A model generated the notes under the pieces. The model saw only the letters and a program-made list of their open reading frames with translations, was not told the origin of the DNA and did not search any database. Source: Bdellovibrio sp. (GTDB lineage: Bacteria > Bdellovibrionota > Bdellovibrionia > Bdellovibrionales > Bdellovibrionaceae). Taken from it: DNA of 64,000 bases. The stretch lies in contig JAKFBS010000002.1 of the NCBI GenBank assembly GCA_036677065.1, positions 128,001-192,000 of the forward strand, in the 5' to 3' direction. This document shows positions 58,388 to 64,000 of the stretch, in pieces. Position 1 is the stretch's first letter. Each line of letters begins with the position of its first letter. Both the position numbers and the translations under genes were made by a program.

Positions 58388-58404
58388 CTTCAGCTGTTTG
58401 TAGC

Positions 58405-60009
58405 TTAAAGTTGAATTGATTTTACGACTTTAAATTTACTATCGTACTTACGCACTTCGGGTGTTTGTAGTTCTACAGACACCTTTATAGTTTTTGCGGC
58501 TGCAAAAGCAGCGCGTGAAACTTCAAACTGATTAAATAAAGCAGAAATTTCAGAACCGTCGGCATTGAACCAGCGCACGCTTAAGCCAGACAGATTAGGA
58601 GTTTCTACTTTAACTGTACTTGAAGTTTTAACAACCGCATCAATAAGTGAAACGCGATTTAGAAACTTGTGCCACATGTTTTCTTGGTCAACGGCGCAGA
58701 AATGTTTAAGAGTCATATTGCGCATCAAACAGCCGTCGTGTGTTGGGCGGTACGTTTTACCACTAAAATCACCATAAGTTGCAAACGCCGCCGTTACATT
58801 TTTTTCAAAGTTAAAACCTTGCGGATAAGAGTAAATGTAAGCGGTCGCTAACATATTGTCGCCATCAGCAATATTTTCTTTAATTTCTAAAGTATTATTA
58901 CCTACTTGTGTTTGAAGGTTATCAAGCACGAAGAAGTTTCTATCGTTATGATAAGGCCCACCTAAGTTAAGTTTTTGGCCGTTCACATAAACATAGACAT
59001 CATCAGGGCTAGACCAACCAACCACACTTAATTCTAAACCTAGGGTTTCGCCAGCTTGGGTTTTAAAAGTCGTTTTGTAAGGCTTGTTTTTTAAATTTTG
59101 CCAAACGTAGTTACCGCTTAAAAGTTTAGCGTCGTAAGAATTTTTATCATCGCGCCATTGAGACCATTGCGAAGCTTTAGCATCAGATGAAGAATTGGCT
59201 CCAGAATAGACAGACCCACCATCATACTCTTCGCCAACTTCGCCAAAGTTGTGACCAAGTTCGTGATTTAATACAACCATCCCACTTCTGATTGAGCTTG
59301 TTGAGATCGCATAACGACCACCAAGACCCCCATAATATTCATCGTTGGCAATCACGATCGGGTAATCGGTGCGATCAACCATATCAAGTGCGTTTTCTAA
59401 AGCGCGCTCGTCGCCTGGATAAATTGCGCGTTTTGAACCTTTGGGCATACGGTATAAGCCGAAAGCTGTATCTTTTGATTCGCCATCGCCAATACCTGAA
59501 GCATTTGATGGAACAAAAACTGCGTGAACTTGAAATAAAGACAAGTAGCTTGCAAACGTTGAAGTGCCAAAAAGATTTTTAGTCGTTCTTTCAGCATCAG
59601 CGAAAAACTTCTCTTTATCTTTTAAAGTGTAGCCATCGCCTAAAATAGTTAAGTGAATGCGATTGGCGGCCGGGCCTTCTGTAACTAGTTCGCGGACTTC
59701 AGCGTTGGCAATGTTTACTTTAACTTTTCTTTGTAAAGCTTTGTAAAATGCCAATTCAGATTCAGTCAGTGAATTTTTAATTTCCTCTATATATATAGTG
59801 TTGGTATCACTACCTGGCCCTTCAACAATATAATAAGGAAGTTTTCTTAAGACTTTTTCTGGTTGATCTGAAACTTCTGAAACATTTAAAATTTCTGAGG
59901 AACGATTTTTTGAAGAAACTTTTTTCTGTACACGAAAACTTTCGGCAGAACTAAGTGATGAAATTAAAAGCGCAGTTGTGAAAATAAAAGTGATCGAAGA
60001 GTTTTTCAT
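58405..60009 (-). CDS. Secreted peptidase M64 (IgA-peptidase-like) metalloprotease
   Basis: NRI...ILGDGYT, YGGLGG, HELGHNFG..GEEY and YRP...CLMR....FC.V motifs. Confidence 0.85.
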   Translation of the reverse strand: MKNSSITFIFTTALLISSLSSAESFRVQKKVSSKNRSSEILNVSEVSDQPEKVLRKLPYYIVEGPGSDTNTIYIEEIKNSLTESELAFYKALQRKVKVNIANAEVRELVTEGPAANRIHLTILGDGYTLKDKEKFFADAERTTKNLFGTSTFASYLSLFQVHAVFVPSNASGIGDGESKDTAFGLYRMPKGSKRAIYPGDERALENALDMVDRTDYPIVIANDEYYGGLGGRYAISTSSIRSGMVVLNHELGHNFGEVGEEYDGGSVYSGANSSSDAKASQWSQWRDDKNSYDAKLLSGNYVWQNLKNKPYKTTFKTQAGETLGLELSVVGWSSPDDVYVYVNGQKLNLGGPYHNDRNFFVLDNLQTQVGNNTLEIKENIADGDNMLATAYIYSYPQGFNFEKNVTAAFATYGDFSGKTYRPTHDGCLMRNMTLKHFCAVDQENMWHKFLNRVSLIDAVVKTSSTVKVETPNLSGLSVRWFNADGSEISALFNQFEVSRAAFAAAKTIKVSVELQTPEVRKYDSKFKVVKSIQL

Positions 60010-60030
60010 GGTCTTATCAGATCAAGCTTT

Positions 60031-60057
60031 TTATCGGTGGTCATGTTTTTTGCGTTA
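60031..60057 (-). promoter_or_regulatory. Sigma28-like promoter of the M64 peptidase
   Basis: Minus strand reads TAAC-N15-ACCGATAA. Confidence 0.55.
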
Positions 60058-60181
60058 GATTTGCAAATAGCGCACATGCGGCATTCGGGCATTTTACCCG
60101 AACGGGTAATTTTGATCGGCGTTTTTGCCACGAAAAATTTGCAAATGACAATTTTTCATCGTGCCAGTGCGTTTTTATGTA

Positions 60182-60197
60182 TGGCACTTATGTTGCT
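60182..60197 (+). promoter_or_regulatory. Sigma54 promoter, consensus match
   Basis: TGGCACTTATGTTGCT. Palindrome TTACCCG-AA-CGGGTAA at 60094-60109 lies upstream. Confidence 0.75.
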
Positions 60198-60237
60198 CAA
60201 ACACTCTTAAAACAAAACATCCTAATGGAGGGATTTT

Positions 60238-61251
60238 ATGAATAAGAGTTATGCGCGTTACTTAAAACTAGTTTCTTTATCATCACTTTGCGTAGCATTC
60301 GTTGCTTGTAGTGGTAGCGGTTCAGGTGGATCTTCTCCTGCAGCAGCACCCGTAGAAGCAGCATCATCAGAAATGGTGGCTTCAGGAAATACTCTGCGTA
60401 TTTCTAAAGTGGCTGATTATCACTTAGCTGCGGGCGGCGAATTAGCCGGAACTCCAGCTGCTAAATTAGCAGAAATTTTAGCGAAACACCCAGCATTAGC
60501 TGAGCGTGCGAATCTATTAGGAACGGTAAATAGAGTTGTTGAAACTGATAAAGGCACTTGGGATCTATATGCCGGTGAACAAATCGTAATGACACTTTCT
60601 TCTGCTGACCGTAAAGCATTAAATATCGTAAGAACACGTTCTGCGTTTACTGCTGATGGTATCACTTTATTATCTTCAAATGTAGAAGTTAAACGTTCTG
60701 AAGCAATTCGCTTCGCAATGTCTGATTGTTCTGCAAATGCTGTAGAGCCTGGACAAGGTCAAGACCAAGATAAAGACCAAGATAAAGACCAAGATAAAGA
60801 TCAAGATAAAGATCAAGACAAAGACCAAGATAAAGATCAAGATAAAGACCAAGATAAAGATCAAGATAAAGACCAAGATAAAGATCAAGACAAAGATCAA
60901 GACAAAGATCAAGATAAAGACCAAGATAAAGATCAAGATAAAGACCAAGATAAAGACCAAATGGCCCAAAATTGTGTCTCTGTTGAAGCAACTCTTCTGT
61001 TAGAGCAGGAGCCTGGACAAGGTCAAGATCAAGACAAAGACCAAGACAAAGACCAAGACAAAGACCAAGATAAAGATCAAGACAAAGACCAAGATAAAGA
61101 CCAAGACAAAGACCAAGATAAAGACCAAGATAAAGACCAAGACAAAGACCAAGATAAAGATCAAGACAAAGACCAAGATAAAGATCAAGACAAAGACCAA
61201 GACAAAGACCAAGATGGAAATGGCCAAACGCCAACTCCAGTGGCTCCGTAA
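60238..61251 (+). CDS. Lipoprotein with two (DQDK)n low-complexity arrays
   Basis: Lipobox FVAC, GGAGG RBS, arrays at 60763-60960 and 61027-61215. Confidence 0.85.
   Translation: MNKSYARYLKLVSLSSLCVAFVACSGSGSGGSSPAAAPVEAASSEMVASGNTLRISKVADYHLAAGGELAGTPAAKLAEILAKHPALAERANLLGTVNRVVETDKGTWDLYAGEQIVMTLSSADRKALNIVRTRSAFTADGITLLSSNVEVKRSEAIRFAMSDCSANAVEPGQGQDQDKDQDKDQDKDQDKDQDKDQDKDQDKDQDKDQDKDQDKDQDKDQDKDQDKDQDKDQDKDQDKDQMAQNCVSVEATLLLEQEPGQGQDQDKDQDKDQDKDQDKDQDKDQDKDQDKDQDKDQDKDQDKDQDKDQDKDQDKDQDKDQDKDQDGNGQTPTPVAP
60763..60960 (+). repeat. 12-bp coding tandem repeat GAYCAAGAYAAA, 16.5 copies
   Basis: 198 bp. Varies only at Asp third positions. Confidence 0.95.
61027..61215 (+). repeat. 12-bp coding tandem repeat GAYCAAGAYAAA, about 15.75 copies
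   Basis: 189 bp, preceded by the same 20-mer as array 1. Confidence 0.95.
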
Positions 61252-61281
61252 TTGATCGAAATCAAATTCGAAAAAGTCTAA

Positions 61282-61315
61282 GGGTGGGTAGCGGTAAAAC
61301 GCTGCCCACTTTTTT
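61282..61315 (+). terminator. Intrinsic terminator
   Basis: GGTGGGTAGCG-GTAAAA-CGCTGCCCACT followed by a T run. Confidence 0.85.
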
Positions 61316-61331
61316 AAGATGAGGGGATGTT

Positions 61332-62138
61332 ATGAAATGGTTACTTGTGTTTCTGCCTTTAACGTTAATTGCCTGTAAACCGAAAACAGAGGCCATCATT
61401 GAAGAGCCAGTAATGCCATCTGCAATTGCTCTGTCTGATGTATCTTTTGGAAAATGTTTAAATTTAGAAAAACTATCGCGGGTGTTTCAAAACCCAGATT
61501 TTAAAGTGCCAGCTGCACTTATGACAACAGATTTAAAACCTCTAGGTGAAATGCCGCAGGCGAAAAAAACTTTTTTTTCTTACGCTACTTTTAATTATAA
61601 AGTGAACAGCGCTAACGAGCTGGGGTTATTTAATCAAGTGCGCCAGAAAGATTGTAAGACCGTTCAGATGTTATCAGCTTCTGAAGAAGTTTTGACTTAC
61701 AAGGTGACAGCTTCAAATGAAGCCGAAATTACAATCAAGTTAGTTGATAAATTTCGCGATAACATGACTACGGCCCACAAAAAAGCCTTAATAGATCGTC
61801 AGCAGCCATTCGAATACACGTTTCGTTATTTAACACCAAATCATATGTTGATCAGTGAAAAATACACGACTGTGGATCCTCTGTGTACGTCAAAAAATCC
61901 GCTTACATTTGAAATCCATAAAGATTTAGCTTGGGCCGGTCGTTATTCAGATTTGCCGCAAAGTTATCAAATCGAAACTCAATATTTAAATCTTGTGAAA
62001 GAATCCCTGATACCTGAAGCTCAAGGATTAATTCCAGCAACAGAAACAGCAGAAACTTCAGAAAGTTTTTCTGTAGACTCGATCCGTACGGTGATGCGTT
62101 CATCTTTAAAAGACGAGCTTAAGCTGTGCAGCCAATAA
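61332..62138 (+). CDS. Hypothetical lipoprotein
   Basis: Lipobox LIAC, GAGGGG RBS. Confidence 0.7.
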   Translation: MKWLLVFLPLTLIACKPKTEAIIEEPVMPSAIALSDVSFGKCLNLEKLSRVFQNPDFKVPAALMTTDLKPLGEMPQAKKTFFSYATFNYKVNSANELGLFNQVRQKDCKTVQMLSASEEVLTYKVTASNEAEITIKLVDKFRDNMTTAHKKALIDRQQPFEYTFRYLTPNHMLISEKYTTVDPLCTSKNPLTFEIHKDLAWAGRYSDLPQSYQIETQYLNLVKESLIPEAQGLIPATETAETSESFSVDSIRTVMRSSLKDELKLCSQ

Positions 62139-63268
62139 ATACTGTTTTTTTTATTTTGTCTATTTTGCTTTTAGGAGCTTGTGCTAAAGACGAAAAATAC
62201 GTTCAAGCGACGTCTCCTTTTTGCCAAAGTAATATGGTTAAAAATCAGTATATTGTGCACTGGAAAAGACAAGATCCAACTTTGTTGGCTGAAGAGAATC
62301 TTGCCAAATTTATTTCGCTCAATGATGACGAAATTGATTTTATTGAACCCAATTATACTATCCTTGCTAAATTTGAAAAAAAACAGGAAGAAGAACCGGT
62401 GATTCCGTCGATCACTAATGTTGAATCTGCAACTGCAGTTTATGATATGATTCATGTGCGATCGGCGTGGTACCGGGGATTTTTTGGTCAGGGTTTAACT
62501 GTCGCTGTCGTTGATACGGGAATAGATCAAAAACATCCAAGTCTGCGACGAAGACTTGTGCCAGGCTGGAATTTTATTTCTAATGCTGCAGATTCTAGTG
62601 ATGAAACCGGTCATGGTACCGCTATGGCGGGTATTATTACCGGCCCCTATCTAAATGGTTCAAGTTTAAGTTTAGCGCCTGATGTAAAAATCATGCCTAT
62701 AGATTTTATGACTGATCACGGTGGCACCGAATATCATGCGCAGCTTGCGCTAAATTATGCAATCACCCACAAAGCTAAAATTATTAATAATAGTTGGACG
62801 GTCAGTTGTTCAGAACTTTTACGAAGTTCGTTTGTTAGCTGGGCCAAAGAGAATGTAATTTTCATTAATTCGTCAGGTAATGAACCAGTAGATGTTATTA
62901 CTCATGGAATTTTACCGGCAAGCTTAAGCCTAAGTAATCATGTGCATGTGGGGTCATTAGATGATCGCGGGCATCGATCAAGTTTTAGCGGTTTTGGTTA
63001 CACCGTTTTATTGTACGCTCCGGGAGAATTGGTTCCAAGTTTTGCCCAGAGTGATAGCGGGTCGCGTAGCGTGCGAATTTCAGGAACCAGCGCATCGACC
63101 GCCATAGTTTCTGCAGCAGCCGCTTTATTATGGAGTGCTTTTCCAAGCGCCACCGCCAGCGAAATAGTGTCGTTAATTATCGAAGGAGCCCAGCAAGAAC
63201 TAACTATAGAACCAACACTTAACGTGCAGCAATCTTTACGTCTGGGGCGCGAACGTTTTTCAGACTAA
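62126..63268 (+). CDS. S8 subtilisin-like lipoprotein protease
   Basis: Lipobox LGAC, VVDTG, HGTAMAG, SSGN and GTSAST. Confidence 0.88.
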   Translation: MQPINTVFFILSILLLGACAKDEKYVQATSPFCQSNMVKNQYIVHWKRQDPTLLAEENLAKFISLNDDEIDFIEPNYTILAKFEKKQEEEPVIPSITNVESATAVYDMIHVRSAWYRGFFGQGLTVAVVDTGIDQKHPSLRRRLVPGWNFISNAADSSDETGHGTAMAGIITGPYLNGSSLSLAPDVKIMPIDFMTDHGGTEYHAQLALNYAITHKAKIINNSWTVSCSELLRSSFVSWAKENVIFINSSGNEPVDVITHGILPASLSLSNHVHVGSLDDRGHRSSFSGFGYTVLLYAPGELVPSFAQSDSGSRSVRISGTSASTAIVSAAAALLWSAFPSATASEIVSLIIEGAQQELTIEPTLNVQQSLRLGRERFSD

Positions 63269-63272
63269 TCTT

Positions 63273-64000
63273 TTACGGAACAATGCTTTCATTAAGCAGA
63301 GCTTCAGCGATTCGGCTTAAGACTTTTCCTTTTTGTGAAGCCTCTCTGGCTTTTACGGCGTAGCTATCGGGCAGACGAGAATCCAGATCCCATGATTCAT
63401 TTAAAGTTAAATCTTCGGCGGTCATCGCACGGCCTGTGCTGGCGTAAGACCAGATAAAATCGGGTCTTGCTGCTGAATGCCATTCGCCGCCGATCACGGT
63501 GTAGCTTTCATCTAATTCTAAATCGTAAACAAAGTTATATGATTTAGTACGATCATTGCGGCCTTCGTTGACCGCCGGAGTTACTAAAGAAGGGATAAAT
63601 ACGTCCATTGCAACGCCGACAACGTATTTTGTTCTAGGGCTTCGGTGAATTTTGAATTTATCTGCGGTCATATTTTCAATGGGTTCTATGGCGGCTTTAA
63701 TATTGTGAGTGGTTTCGAAAGTTCGTGGGTTAAAATAGCTGTAGTCATAACCTTTCACTGCGAAATTCCACACTTCTGATCCGGTGGTTGAATCCATCAC
63801 AAAACTTTTTTGCTGCATGCCCACGCGATTTGTAACTGCTAAATGCCAACTCATTGGGTTTGAATCAAGACAAGATGCATCCATAGGGCGCTGATACGGG
63901 TCTTTAAGGACGATGTCTTGACGGCAGCGATTACCGGCTTGAATTGAGTCTGTGCTTGATTCGGCCCAAAGATAAGACATTAAGGCTTTAATATCCTGCC
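63273..64000 (-). CDS. Transglutaminase-elicitor-family protein (C-terminal part; the gene starts beyond the window)
   Basis: DIKALMSY, CLDSNPMSWHLAVTN..G....FVMD....EVWN, YDLELD....IGGEW and RPDFIW motifs. Confidence 0.7.
   Translation of the reverse strand, partial: QDIKALMSYLWAESSTDSIQAGNRCRQDIVLKDPYQRPMDASCLDSNPMSWHLAVTNRVGMQQKSFVMDSTTGSEVWNFAVKGYDYSYFNPRTFETTHNIKAAIEPIENMTADKFKIHRSPRTKYVVGVAMDVFIPSLVTPAVNEGRNDRTKSYNFVYDLELDESYTVIGGEWHSAARPDFIWSYASTGRAMTAEDLTLNESWDLDSRLPDSYAVKAREASQKGKVLSRIAEALLNESIVP

Noticed and set aside
60763..61215. Possible CRISPR array
   Set aside because: Contiguous 12-bp in-frame coding repeats with no unique spacers, and no cas genes.
60676..61234. Minus-strand ORFs rich in LVFIL / LGLCLDLY
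   Set aside because: Antisense shadows of the DQDK repeat. The plus frame has a promoter, RBS, lipobox and terminator.
598..62455. Numerous short ORF-track entries overlapping long genes (for example 598-852, 23901-24182, 35225-35542, 59292-59582)
   Set aside because: They are nested in or antisense to well-supported CDSs and show no recognisable motifs.

Overview
A 64 kb, AT-rich, gene-dense window from a bacterial chromosome. It is most likely from a predatory Bdellovibrionota member (Bdellovibrio/Pseudobdellovibrio-like). That assignment is an inference from two giant S74-chaperoned adhesin fibres, a TIGR02147-type HTH protein, an orphan mreB paralogue and many secreted hydrolases and lipoproteins. 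Housekeeping genes include hppA, a parvulin, dps, trmO, a TrmH-family methylase, metG, mreB, xerD, comM, tRNA-Cys, ppc, lysC and msrC. An AT-rich island of small orphan genes follows tRNA-Cys. The most interesting signals are: (i) three 39-bp covarying palindromes after hppA, with a degenerate copy after xerD; (ii) a 903-aa HEAT-repeat protein ending in a HEPN-like RNxxAH motif; (iii) two mosaic fibre genes sharing exact 27-33 bp tracts; (iv) a sigma28-type promoter/terminator unit of about 78 nt that looks like an sRNA; (v) a CotH kinase coupled to a VanY-CapA fusion; (vi) a lipoprotein with two (DQDK)n arrays. No CRISPR array, rRNA, transposase or prophage was seen. All calls are by eye from motifs; no searches were run.
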